NCBI RefSeq assembly: GCF_031769215.1 | Contig: NW_026781965.1 | Coordinates: 1,488,001 to 1,552,000, forward strand | DNA: 64,000 nucleotides | Source: Ylistrum balloti | Taxonomy: Eukaryota | Direction of reading: 5' to 3' | Shown: piece after piece, positions 1 to 11,696 of the stretch | Position numbering within the stretch: the first letter of the stretch is position 1 | Layout of the letters: each line of letters begins with the position of its first letter | Notes under the pieces: generated by a model | The model's input: the letters and a program-made list of their open reading frames with translations, nothing else | What the model was told of the DNA's origin: nothing | Databases searched by the model: none | Made by a program: the position numbers and the translations under genes

Positions 1-22
1 TTATATCTATTACCACACTAAC

Positions 23-129
23 CTCAACAATGTGCACTATATGTTTCATGTAGACAAGCAAAAGTCCTGTGACCACTTCTGATGACTGATGAACATTCTG
101 AAGATTTTTGAAAAATCTTTCATAATGAT
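23..129 (-). CDS. TEX47: TEX47-like internal exon; gene continues beyond window start
   Basis: gttttcag acceptor, (N)HYERFFKNLQNVHQSSEVVTGLLLVYMKHIVHIVE, donor GTTAGT; matches the TEX47 motif YEQMFQ...EAVTGLLLIYP..ILHILE; phases consistent (107 bp). Confidence 0.85.
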
Positions 130-474
130 CTGAAAACAGCAAATGAAGAGATATTAATACATCAATTAAAGTGAAAACTTAACCCAATTAGATTGAAATT
201 TGAAGACTATATTTTTGTAAGCAAGAAACAAAATACTAATAAAGTTTTGTGCACTGGCTGTTGATTTTCTTTGTCAAATAGTGATTTTTGTATAACAAAA
301 ACAACATGGGTTTTGTAATGGTAAATAATATTACAATAATATTGGTGCTGATTTTTATTTACCAAGATTAGTTTTGAGTGCAGACTCATAATTGAAAACA
401 AATTGCGGTCTGATACGATGGTTATGGTATGTAACTACAATGTCATTCAATAACTTTTTACAAAATATATTTAC

Positions 475-547
475 TTCCAATCTCTGTTCTGTCTTCGATG
501 CCTTGTTTCAGTTTGGCGATATACACAAAACGATGAATCAAATTTTT
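475..547 (-). CDS. TEX47: TEX47-like internal exon
   Basis: ttttcattttcag acceptor, KNLIHRFVYIAKLKQGIEDRTEIG, donor GTAAAT phase 1 (73 bp). Confidence 0.85.
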
Positions 548-673
548 CTGAAAATGAAAAACAGAAAATGCATTTCAATTGTTCTCAACAAAACAAGCAC
601 AAAATGTCAAACACAATACACACACAATGACTAGTTTCTGACGCTATAGTCATTTCCTAAGGGCGACAATTAC

Positions 674-877
674 CAAACCCATGGTGGGAATTTCACATGT
701 AATTTCAAAGTAGTTCCTTTTAGGCCAATCAAATTTGATTCTGTCATCGGCCTTCTTCTTCTTGCCTTTTTTGGTGATATTTCTCTTATCTGGCTTAGGT
801 GAGGATGGTCCTTGTCCATCAGATTGCTCAACCTCTACATCCTCACCTACATCTCCAGCAACACCTTGTTCAGCCAT
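674..877 (-). CDS. TEX47: TEX47-like, candidate alternative first coding exon (1b)
   Basis: 68 codons MAEQGVAG...FDWPKRNYFEITCEIPTMGL, then donor GTAATT in phase 0, 126 bp from the acceptor at 548; PKRNYF resembles the PRSNYL segment before LLHRMF in vertebrate TEX47 as I recall it. Confidence 0.55.
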
Positions 878-3049
878 CAGTTAATACCAATGTATATTAT
901 TCCAATAAAGAGCTGGAACAGATGTTTGTGTGACTGGATTTGGAAGTTAGAAACACAAAAGGAAATGTTTCCAGTGATCCAAAAATAATGATAACAATAT
1001 CTTTCACACCTATCAAACAAACAGCGCCAGTATAATTCCTGTAGTAAATATCACATATCGTAATGAAATACTGTACAGTCAAGTGTACCTAGAACATAAG
1101 AACACAATCACCACATCGCATAGTTTACTATCGTGCATGCGTATAATGTCCCCACAAGGCGTATTAAAGCAATGTTGATGTCATGGGAACTCTGTATGTA
1201 ATCAGCATGTTACAAAGACTGTTAGATTGTGTCAATAGAAACCTTGGACCAACTTCCCCTCCCTCCACATACACAGTATACACTGGAAGGCAAATGTTTG
1301 ATTTAGATATATTCAACAAAAGACTAACTCCAACAATGGAAAAGAACAGTTGCTTTCATACACTTGCTCAACTAAAAGCACGATGATCTATCAATAATTT
1401 GTACGGCTTTACAACCTGATTGCTGTTTGGCAGTTTAACTGTGGGAGCTGTTGACACAGACTGAGATATCAATGAATATGCAGTGTTATCAGTGACTGTA
1501 TTGACCCTCACAACACATAGTAGAATGGTCCATGGTTCACTTCCAATGGAGAAAGCCAGCAACAATGATATAGTGTTCAAACACATCCATATCAGAAATT
1601 ATATGTACATAGCAACATTGGGCAAAAGAAAATTAGACGGCTTATCAACAAGAAACTGATTTTAGAACTATATACTACCCAGTTTCCTGCAAAGTCTACG
1701 GGGTGTAATGATGAAGGGAAGAATATTATGCGCAAAAACATATGGTTGTGATGGAAAAGAGACAATTTCACTTCTGGAACTTGGAGGTGGATAGTGATGA
1801 AGGGTTCATTGAAGATGTACAACTAATGTGACCTTATAATGGTAAGACTCTGCATAATGGACCAAATCTTTGTTTCCATTAGAAATAAAACTGAAGTTCA
1901 TGCACATTTTCAACACTGAGATAAATCACTATTCTCAAATGGACATAAATTTATGTCTTGTTTTAAACCATGCCATGTATACTAATCGTTCAAAAAAACG
2001 TTAGCATTAGAAAACTCATGTGAAGTCTGGTATTCAGGATAGTAGATACTAATACAATCCAGCATTCATTCGTTGGAATTATTTTTCAAATACCTAATGT
2101 AAATCCTGAAGTTTAAAAAAAAAAGTGAACTGCTATAAACCTAAAGGTTTACCTAGGTTTTCATTTTTTTTTTTTTTTTTTTTGACATTAACAAAACCTA
2201 ATATTTGAGATTCTATACAAACTTAAGTAAGGACAAAATCATACTTCAGCTTTATCACAGATTTTGTAAGCAACACATTATTTTTAGGTTTGGAATGGAA
2301 ATGGAATATCGCTATCTGAGCTTTTGGGCAAATCATATATTCGCATATTTGTCACTGTTATTGTCTTCTTGTGAAGCATTTGAAATTTTCAATCAATGAT
2401 AAAAACAAATACTGTTGATAAAATACATTGTGGTTAATTTTGTTCCTTTCTACTGTATAATAATCTTGGTACTTAGAAATTTATCTGATTTCTCTAATCT
2501 TTGGTTATTTTAGCAAGGATCTACTTTACACATCACAACAGGTAAATGATACCCAATTCAAGAAACAGATTTCTTTTCCACATATGGAACCATCTACAGA
2601 ACGGATGATCATTTAATGACAGCTTAAATAACAAGTACAATGGTTGGACAAAGAAATGTGTAGTATAATTCTAGGCTATGTTAGATTGCGAGATCTGAAA
2701 GGATCAAGAAGAATGAAAGTCCACTGTACAAAAACAAAAAAGATTAATGGTACCAGCAAATGTAGATAATGGAATCTTGTAATCAAGATACGATTTTTAA
2801 CGATGAAAAGACATTAAATTACTATATTGCTTAGAAGAGTGTAATTGTGCTACAGCAATATTTAATTTTTGAGGAACAAGACTTCACTAAACTGCAGACA
2901 AACACAAGTCCCACCTTTTTTCTACTTAAACTTGAATAAATTTTATATCATTTAAATTTCAGATTCAATCCAACAAAATAATTTTTTACTCTTTATTTGA
3001 TTTGTGTCCAAACCAGTGTCAAATTCTATGTCTTATAGATCTTATTTTA

Positions 3050-3400
3050 TAGAAGGCTGTTATTATAGGACTGTATCGTCACATCTTATAGAAGGCTGTT
3101 ATTATAGGACTGTATCGTCACATCTTATAGAAGGCTGTTATTATAGGGCTGTATCGTCACATCTTATAGAAGGTTGTCATTATAGGACTTTATTGTCACA
3201 TCTTATAGAAGGTTGTCATTATAGGACTGTGTCGTCACATCTTATAGAAGGTTGTCATTATAGGACTGTGTCGTCACATTTTATAGAAGGTTGTCATTAT
3301 AGGACTGTATCGTCACATCTTATAGAAGGCTGTTATTATAGGACTGTATTGCACATCTTATAGAAGGTTGTTATCATAGGACTGTTTCGTCATATCTTAT
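3050..3400. repeat. 39-bp minisatellite, subfamily A (about 9 units)
   Basis: Unit TAGAAGGCTGTTATTATAGGACTGTATCGTCACATCTTA. Confidence 0.95.
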
Positions 3401-3412
3401 GGAAGTAGTAAG

Positions 3413-4665
3413 TAGTAAGTGGTTATTATGAGACTGCAACATCACATCTGATAGTGAGTGGTTGTTATGAGACTGTAACATCACATCTGGTAGTAAGTGG
3501 TTATTATGAGACTGTAACATCACATTTGGTAGTAAGTGGTTATTATGAGACTGTAACATCACATTTGGTAGTAAGTGGTTATTATGAGACTGTTACATCA
3601 CATCTAATAGTAAGTGGTTATTATGAGACTGTAACATCACATCTGATAGTAAGTGGTTATTATGAGACTGTAACATCACATCTGATAGTGAGTGGTTATG
3701 ATGGATCTTTAACATCACATCTGGTAGTAAGTGGTTATTATGAGACTGTAACATCACATCTGATAGTAAGTGGTTATTATGAGACTGTAACATCACATCT
3801 GATAGTAAGTGGTTATTATGAGACTGTAACATCACATCTGGTAGTAAGTGGTTATTATGAGAGTAATGTTTCATCTGATAAGACTGTTACATCACATCTG
3901 ATAGTAAGTGGTTATTATGAGACTGTAACATCACATCTGGTAGTAAGTGGTTATTATGAGACTGTAACATCACATCTGATAGTAAGTGGTTATTATGAGA
4001 CTGTAACATCACATCTGGTAGTAAGTGGTTATTATGAGACTGTAACATCACATCTGATAGTAAGTGGTTATTATGAGACTGTAACATCACATCTGATAGT
4101 AAGTGGTTATTATGAGACTGTAACATCACATCTGGTAGTAAGTGGTTATTATGAGACTGTAACATCACATCTGGTAGTAAGTGGTTATTATGAGACTGTA
4201 ACATCACATTTGGTAGTAAGTGGTTATTATGAGACTGTAACATCACATCTAATAGTAAGTGGTTATTATGAGACTGTTACATCACATCTAATAGTAAGTG
4301 GTTATTATGAGACTGTAACATCACATCTAATAGTAAGTGGTTATTATGAGACTGTAACATCACATCTAATAGTAAGTGGTTATTATGAGACTGTAACATC
4401 ACATCTAATAGTAAGTGGTTATTATGAGACTGTAACATCACATCTAATAGTAAGTGGTTATTATGAGACTGTTACATCACATCTAATAGTAAGTGGTTAT
4501 TATGAGACTGTAACATCACATCTGGTAGTAAGTGGTTATTATGAGACTGTAACATCACATCTGATAGTGAGTGGTTATGATGGATCTTTAACATCATATC
4601 TGATAGTACGTAGTTATGATGGATCTGTAACATTATATCTTATAGTAAGGGATTATTATAGAACT
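3413..4665. repeat. 39-bp minisatellite, subfamily B (about 32 units)
   Basis: Unit TAGTAAGTGGTTATTATGAGACTGTAACATCACATCTGA; 30/39 identical to subfamily A. Confidence 0.95.
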
Positions 4666-4915
4666 GTAGCTTTATATTTTATACACTAGTACATGTAATA
4701 TGGTCACTGTAATGTTTCATCAAATATTTCACAAAGTAGATGATCATCCATGGTAATGTGACATCATAGTACATTTTACACATTGGATGATCATTTTTGC
4801 ACAGTAACATAATCATTAAAATACAGGAGGCTGTCATGCAAGTGTAGCGGGGGAAATTATATCTTGTGTAATTTTATATGATATAAAGCTGTCAATACTT
4901 CAATTTTAGTCAGCT

Positions 4916-5413
4916 TGTTACAGGTGTCCCTGTGTCAGGTCTACTGTAGTGTTTGTACCCTGTGTACCGGTGACCTCTCCATTGTTTTGTCCTGTCACCT
5001 GGTACCTGTTTTGTCGGAGGTCTATGTATATCACGTGCAAGTTCTCCTGTCTTGTTTTCCTTGCATTTTCATCCGTGTCAGGGGTGTTCTGTCTCTGGTG
5101 ATGTGTTGTGATTGGTTCAAACTGTCTCGCATTGTCATTTTAGGGTATAAGATGCAGTATGTATAATAATTTGTGTGCAGAGCATTGGATTAACTTCCAC
5201 AAGGTGAAAAACTTCTCTGAGGTAGGTCGGGGATGGTAGCGTAATTCGTTGTTTTATCGGGTGGGAAGCTATAGCTGGGTGGAATGTAATTTTGTATAGA
5301 GATAGATAAGTTTATGTGTTCGGTGTAAGATGGGGGTCTCTGTGTTGGTATAGGCCTATGCCGTTGTTGATAATTCCCGTTAATTAATGTTTGCTGTTAA
5401 ATAAGTTGTTACA
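4916..5413 (+). mobile_element. possible solo LTR
   Basis: About 500-bp GT-rich block beginning TGTTACA and ending TGTTACA, with ATTGG and TATAAG motifs inside; no target-site duplication seen. Confidence 0.25.
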
Positions 5414-5940
5414 TTTAAATTAGCAGTGTTTGTCCTCCTTCGAAAACAAAATACAAGCTGTACCCATCGAACCTGGGTTGACGGTGATACAGGGCAAGAC
5501 GGGACCGGGTAACTGTTAACCCCCACTCTCCCTCCTGTTTCACATGCATAAACATTAGAAAACAAAACAGCAGCATTCAGTGTAATTAAGTGATAAAGTA
5601 GCTAATCTTTCTTTACTCTCAACACCATGCAAGCAAATTATATAAATATGGTTATATGTATAAGATGCGGATTAAAATAGAATAAAATAGCCTAGCTAAA
5701 CTTAAGTTGTGTAACCACAAAAAACATCAAAATATGATCATAAGACATAAACACATTGCCTGTACATTCTAATGGCAGCTTTACTGGTGGAAAAACTGTT
5801 TTCACTTATCATTATTAAAGACAAAGAAAATCGAAATGTGTAAAATGTAATGTACTATCAACATCTTTATGATATACATATATATTCAGCTGCTTTCCAT
5901 TCGAATGCATGAAACATTATTAATATGTAAAGCAATGAGA

Positions 5941-6090
5941 GCTATCAGATTGTCTACAAAAAGGTATATAAATGAATAAGCATACAGTGATAGCTATCAG
6001 ATTATTTACAAAAGGTTTGTAAATGAATTAGCAAACAGTGATAGCTATTACATTACCAACAAAATGCTGTAACTGAATTAGCATACAATA
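5941..6090. repeat. degenerate 51-52 bp tandem repeat, 3 copies
   Basis: gctatcagatt at 5941 and 5993, gctattacatt at 6044, each followed by aatgaat(a/t)agca-like text. Confidence 0.75.
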
Positions 6091-6307
6091 AACAATCATT
6101 TGCTGGTAATTACATTTCAAAAGAAAATGCCATTGCCAACTGAGATTGGTTAACCAACATAACAGAAAATCATTATAATAGTGAACACTCATAATCAGAT
6201 GATGTGAACAGCTCATATTGAAATTATTTCTAACAGATGGCTGCTATAAATGTTCATGTAGATATGATTTGTAGTGTTATCTAATACAATGTATAGTTAT
6301 AAATATA

Positions 6308-7891
6308 CTGAACAAAATAAGTTAAGGATCATAAACTTGAAACAGTGCAGTTTTACATACAAGTAATAATATGATTATATTTTAAATTTTAATGACAGAA
6401 CATTCATTTTAGTCTTTAATTACACAAAACAAATTCATTTGTGGTAATTGCTACCAAGAGCAGATAACCCTGAGTAACAGCACCCTTGAAATCAAAGTGT
6501 AAGAGGAAGTAGAGCAAGTTAATCATGTAGACAAGGAAAACTCATCAAACTGCAATTGGCAGTTTAATAGGCAGTATGACCTCCGTTGACATCAATAACT
6601 GCCCTGCAACGTCTGCACATGCTCCTTATTAGTCGTCGGTGGCTGATCTGTGGGATGCGCTGCCATTCCTCTTGCAGAGCAATCATAAGCTGTTGGCGGT
6701 TCTGTGGCGGATTAGGTCGAGCTGAAACCCGGCGTTGCAAGGTGTCCCAAGCATGCTCGATAGGGTTCAGATCAGGAGAACGACTTGGCCAGTCCATGCG
6801 AACGATTGCTTCACGTTGAAGATAGTCGTTGACCACACGAGCACGGTGAGGACGAGCATTATCATCCATCAGAATAAAATCATGGCCAACAACTCCTGCA
6901 ATGGGCCTTACTATAGGGTGTAGAATCTCGTCCCTGTATCGAACAGCTGTTAAAGATCCATTGTCTATGATGTAGAGGTCTGTATGGAAGTCAACACTGA
7001 TCCCTGCCCAAACCATCACTGACCCACCACCAAAGCGATCATGCTGGACAACACAGCAGTCTGCATAGCGCTCTCCTTGGGTTCTCCATACCCTCCTCCT
7101 ACCGTCATGGAAGTCAACACAAAACCTAGACTCATCTGTGAACATAACATTTCTCCAATGACGTAATTGCCAATTCAAATGATGAGTGGCCCATTGATGT
7201 CTGGATTGTCGATGACCTCTGGATAAAATTGGTCGGACTGCTGGTCTTCTAGCTCGTAAATTAGAGGCATGGAGTCTGTTTCTGATTGTCTGAGATGAAA
7301 TCCTTAGATTTGTAGCACGCTGAAACTGAAGATTCAAGACAGGAGCACTCAAAAACCGCTGACGTCGTGCCGTGATGCAAATGAATCTGTCCTGTCGGGC
7401 TGTCGTACAGCGTGGTCGTCCAGATCTGGGGCGTTGACGGACGTTATTTGTCTGTTGATAGCGATTCCATAGCCTACTAATCACGCTCTGAGAAACATGA
7501 AGCTGTGCCGCCACATTTCGTTGAGTTTGACCAGCTTGAAGGAGCCCTATAGCTCGCGCGGCTTCCATATCATTTAAATGTCTTCGCATGATTAGTTTTT
7601 CAAGTTTTCGTTACAAATTGATTAAATGTTTCCAAATTCAACTTTTTTTAGCTTAGAAGTAACAGAATCAAAACCTGCAAGATTCCTCTGTAGTAATAGA
7701 CCAGTCAGTTTTTCACACCACCATAGTTAACTAGAGCGGAACGGCAAGACCTTCAGATGCACGTGCTTTCACCTTTGACATGACTTTAGGTACATATTGG
7801 AGAAACTACGAGTGCAATTACCGGCAATACATGATTTGAATTTTTAAAGATATTATGGTCACAATTTATGATCCTTAACTAATTTGTCCAG
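6308..7891 (-). mobile_element. full-length Tc1-family DNA transposon
   Basis: Imperfect TIRs of about 27 bp, CTGAACAAAATAAGTTAAGGATCATAAA (6308) and the reverse complement of TTTATGATCCTTAACTAATTTGTCCAG (ends 7891), flanked by TA; encloses an intact transposase. Confidence 0.93.
6564..7589 (-). CDS. Tc1/mariner transposase, DD34E, 341 aa
   Basis: Paired-like HTH N-terminus, GRPR linker, FTDESRF, GGGSVMVWAGI, MDDNARPH, WPSRSPDLNPIEHAW; 34 residues between the second D and E by count. Confidence 0.97.
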   Translation of the reverse strand: MRRHLNDMEAARAIGLLQAGQTQRNVAAQLHVSQSVISRLWNRYQQTNNVRQRPRSGRPRCTTARQDRFICITARRQRFLSAPVLNLQFQRATNLRISSQTIRNRLHASNLRARRPAVRPILSRGHRQSRHQWATHHLNWQLRHWRNVMFTDESRFCVDFHDGRRRVWRTQGERYADCCVVQHDRFGGGSVMVWAGISVDFHTDLYIIDNGSLTAVRYRDEILHPIVRPIAGVVGHDFILMDDNARPHRARVVNDYLQREAIVRMDWPSRSPDLNPIEHAWDTLQRRVSARPNPPQNRQQLMIALQEEWQRIPQISHRRLIRSMCRRCRAVIDVNGGHTAY

Positions 7892-8985
7892 TATATATAC
7901 ATTTTCCTCTGACATATAACATTGATATTGTATTAATGCAACATTAATATTAATATTAATATAAATATAATAAAAATATTAATGTAACAGTATAGAGACA
8001 GAGAACTTATTATATAAATGACACAACCCTTCAACTCTTTATAATATTGCATCCATAGCATAGCATAAAACAAATACAAAACAAAAATCAATGGATTGAC
8101 ACTTAAGACAATTTTAAAATGATATTATGCTATATTTTTCTTTTCTTTTCACTTTTCCGACAGGTAGAGGAATAGTGACTTCATCAAGTACAGGATACAT
8201 TGTATTAACCATTCTGTCGCGTTTCTTCACTAAATAATAACTTGGGGCTTGAATGGAAAAAAAAACAAACAAAAAACAAAAACAAAACAAAAAACTTGTA
8301 TATAATCAGATGATGTGAATTGGTGTTTTATTGAAATCTAACAGATGGCTGCTATAAATGTTCATGTAGATAAGTGTTAAAATACAATGTATAGTTATAA
8401 ATATATAATTTTCCTCTGACAATAACATTGTATTAATGCAACATTAATATTAATATTAATATAAATATAATAAAAATATTAATGTATATAGAGACAGAGA
8501 ACTTATTATATAAATGCTTTATAATATTGCTATTAGCATAAAACAAATACAAAACAAAAATCATGGTTTTAAACAATTTTAAAATGATATTATGCTATAT
8601 TTTTCTTTTCTTTTCACTTTTCCGACAGGTAGAGGAATAGTGACTTCATCAAGTACAGGATACATTGTATTAACCATTCTGTCGCGTTTCTTCACTAAAT
8701 AATAACTTGGGGCTTGAATGGAAAAAAAACAAACAAAAAACAAAAACAAAACAAAAAACTTCTATAATTGTTGCTTTTCGTATTGGTGTTTTAGTATTCA
8801 GAAGTTAACATGAGTATATGGCTACTATTGTTCAGTTTTAACTGTTCCTCTTTCTCGTGCATCACACTGTACAGCCGTCACAGACATGAGTCCGTGGTAT
8901 CATAATTGATTATTATTGATAATTTTCAATAATGTGGCTTCATACACTCGCTTTCCGTGAGAAATGCTATACAGAGACAATTTAC

Positions 8986-9087
8986 CTTATTCAGTGCTCT
9001 ATTTTTATCCTCAATGACTTCTAATAAAGAGGTTCTATGAGGTTCAATGACGGAATCTTCTCTTTCATGCTCCATGGCAGACGCCAT
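8986..9087 (-). CDS. TEX47: TEX47-like, first coding exon (distal, 1a)
   Basis: ATG at 9087, 34 codons MASAMEHEREDSVIEPHRTSLLEVIEDKNRALNK, then donor GTAAAT in phase 0; joins in frame to KNLIHRF exon at 547. Not in the ORF track. Confidence 0.8.
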
Positions 9088-9450
9088 ATTGTGAGTTTTG
9101 TTGCTATAGGAACAGCTCCATTTTTTCCGCGTTGGTTGATTAGAAATTAGTCGACATTGACGAAATATGTTTTATTAATTGTCCTATCAATTTAATATTC
9201 AGTTTTGACAATTTAAAGAACATTAAGATATAAAATTAGGTTATTATTTGTAAATATTTATTGTAAAATAGAAGCCAATTAACGGATTTCGGAATACGAA
9301 AATTGACAAATAAGATTTGAAAGGCAATGCTTATATTGAAAAGGTATCAAATATTCGATTTATTTTTGTCGCTCTTTATTGTGGTTGTTGTTTATAAACA
9401 TATGAAGAGGCAGGTAGTAAACGCAATATGGAAATAACAATCCATCCGGA
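9082..9450. promoter_or_regulatory. probable bidirectional promoter region TEX47-like/GPANK1
   Basis: Divergent genes; YY1-type CGCCATNTT at 9082-9090 overlaps the TEX47-like ATG; CCAAT-like motif near 9275. TSS positions not determined. Confidence 0.4.
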
Positions 9451-10607
9451 AACGTTGAAGTTCAAGTCAGTAGTTTAGTTTGAAGTATCTCTTCGGAATA
9501 ACTTCCGTTTCATTTTCCTTACAGGCAACATAATCTTCCCGTCAAGCTGTATACGAAATAGCAGTGCAAAAGACGGTTTGTATCAGTCACAGACACTATG
9601 TTTAACAGTTTTTGAAATCAATGTCAATGACATCCATAGCTATCCAAACAGACCAGTTTGATAATCAAAGGAGCTAAAGTAATTAATATGGTTAGCTGTT
9701 TAATTTATTGTCACAGATCCTGTCAGATGATCACAATATCCGATAACATGTGACGTATGGTATGCGTTCGCCGACTACACAACAAAACCCTTGTCGGTTG
9801 TTCAATATTCAAGAGGTCTATATTTAATTCGTAGGTTGTACATAGCATGGAAAACAATCTATAGAAGAATTTATACTACAGTAAAGACAAAATTGTACAA
9901 ATGATACAGTTACACTTGCCATGTTTTTATTGTTGGAGGTAAAAAAGTAGATAACAGTGTATATACATTTAATGTCTGTGTATGTCAAAATTTTTTTATA
10001 TTAACATCAGTTGGGGACATCAATGTAAAGTTACATACATAGTGTATGTCTAGGAATTAAACACACAGCTTGTTTGTTATTCTACATTCAAAAGTAATAG
10101 TAAGGCATCTTTTTATTGGATAATTTTCATGATCGAATCCCTGATATTCTCCTTAGTTCAGATGCAAGCCCAAAGATGGCAACCATCTTTGTGGCTGAGG
10201 TAGATGATCAACATTGACATATTGTAGAAATTTATTTTAATACTAGGCTAAAATGTGTCATTGCAGTGTAAAGTGGAGAGTACGATGATGATAAAATTTG
10301 TCTTGTTGTGAATTGCCAGCTTTTGAAAAGCTTCATTAGCCTGACTAGTATTGTTATTTCATGATCAACATATGATTTATGATGGTTGTGAACTGACTGA
10401 AGACACGCTTTGCAAAAATCTATGAGGAACTAACTATGAATCAAGTGGCTCTGGTCTATAATTTGATATTGATCATGTGCATTCTGAGATTCTTAGGCCC
10501 TTGAATGTTACTTTAATTCACTGTTATATACTTGAATATTTTATACCTAATGCAATTGTAATAATCTATTGTTTTTGGTTTTCAGGGATGAGTTGATCCT
10601 GACACTG

Positions 10608-11696
10608 ATGAATGACGAAATGAAAGCAGAATTCTCAAACTTGGTGAAGTTTGTGAAGTCATCCAGTAATAGCCTAGACTTGAAGTCATCTGAGGAACAG
10701 ATCACCAAGTCTAAAAGTGAACAGTTTTTGTCTGGCAATGATGCAGTACAGATTTATAAGGATATTATATCAAGTCATTCAAGTAAATCAAAAGGCATTC
10801 AGAACAGCAGCATTGGTAAGGATCACACACCAGTAGAACAGGTACAATTAAAGCATCAGAATAGAGGACATCAATTTTCCAAACATCCTGGTAGGCCATC
10901 TACCCAATGCTGTTTAAATGTACAAACATTACTGACATGTTCCCAGAATGGAGACCTAGCAAAAGTCAAGGAATGTTTGACCAATGATGTAGACATTGAT
11001 AGTCAGGATCAATTTGGATGGACAGCTCTCATGTGTGCAGCATGTAGTGGACAGAGTTTAGTAGTAAAACATCTTCTGGCCAATGGTGCTAATAAACACC
11101 TTACTGCAACAGGCGAAAAAACAGCCGCTTCGATTGCCTCTGATGCAGGTCACTGTGATGTAATGAGATTTATATCAGAATTTGATCCAAATAAACCTGA
11201 AGTGATTGAAGAAAGAACACAGTCATCTCCCAGGGGTATACAGGTGGCACAGCCATTTTACTGTGATGTTTGTAAACAGGACATAAAAGAGACTTCACAA
11301 ATAAATCATCAAGCATCAACTGTACATTTGTTTAACATGAAAATGAAGGCAAGCCCACATAGTTTTTTAGAACATTCTAAAAACAAAGGGTATCAAATTA
11401 TGAGACGAACTGGGTGGGATGGTGAGAAAGGTTTGGGGTCAGAAGGTCAAGGGCTGAAATTCCCAATAAAGACAGTGTTAAGAAAAGACAGAGCTTGCTT
11501 AGGATCTGACACATCTAAAGAAAAAGCAAAGATTACACATTTTGGTCCTAGAGACATCAGTGCTGTGAAGAGGAATGTCAGTGTTAGTGAAAGAAAAATG
11601 TCTGCTAGAACTTTAAGCAAAAGAGCACGGAAAGCAAAGGAGAGGAAGGAAAAACAATGGGAAAAGAACTTAAGACAACAGTTTAATTTGAATTAA
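10608..11696 (+). CDS. GPANK1: G-patch domain and ankyrin repeat-containing protein 1 (single coding exon)
   Basis: Ankyrin repeats (DQFGWTALMCAACSGQSLVVKHLLANGA), C2H2 (YCDVC...HQASTVH), G-patch (NKGYQIMRRTGWDGEKGLGSEGQG); acceptor ttttcag ends 10585, first ATG at 10608. Confidence 0.92.
   Translation: MNDEMKAEFSNLVKFVKSSSNSLDLKSSEEQITKSKSEQFLSGNDAVQIYKDIISSHSSKSKGIQNSSIGKDHTPVEQVQLKHQNRGHQFSKHPGRPSTQCCLNVQTLLTCSQNGDLAKVKECLTNDVDIDSQDQFGWTALMCAACSGQSLVVKHLLANGANKHLTATGEKTAASIASDAGHCDVMRFISEFDPNKPEVIEERTQSSPRGIQVAQPFYCDVCKQDIKETSQINHQASTVHLFNMKMKASPHSFLEHSKNKGYQIMRRTGWDGEKGLGSEGQGLKFPIKTVLRKDRACLGSDTSKEKAKITHFGPRDISAVKRNVSVSERKMSARTLSKRARKAKERKEKQWEKNLRQQFNLN

Larger units (their letters stand above)
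6191..8761. repeat. tandem duplication of about 0.5 kb; copy 1 (6191-8297) carries the Tc1, copy 2 (8302-8761) is the empty site
   Basis: Both copies start ataatcagatgatgtgaa and end aaacaaaaaactt; the last about 190 bp are near-identical. Confidence 0.9.

Noticed and set aside
1440-1660. AVDTD*DINEYAV lipocalin-like text and other open stretches in the TEX47-like intron
   Set aside because: Internal stop and too short a match to support.
3004-4689. Long repetitive ORFs (411 aa VSGYYETVTSHLI etc.) on both strands
   Set aside because: Produced by a 39-bp unit divisible by 3; open in several frames and strands, intronic to TEX47-like, with no splice or start context.
5455-5500. B-box-like GGTTCGAT on the minus strand suggesting a tRNA or SINE
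   Set aside because: No cloverleaf or A-box could be built.
10569-10607. TTG-start extension of GPANK1
   Set aside because: Crosses the acceptor ending at 10585; first ATG is 10608.
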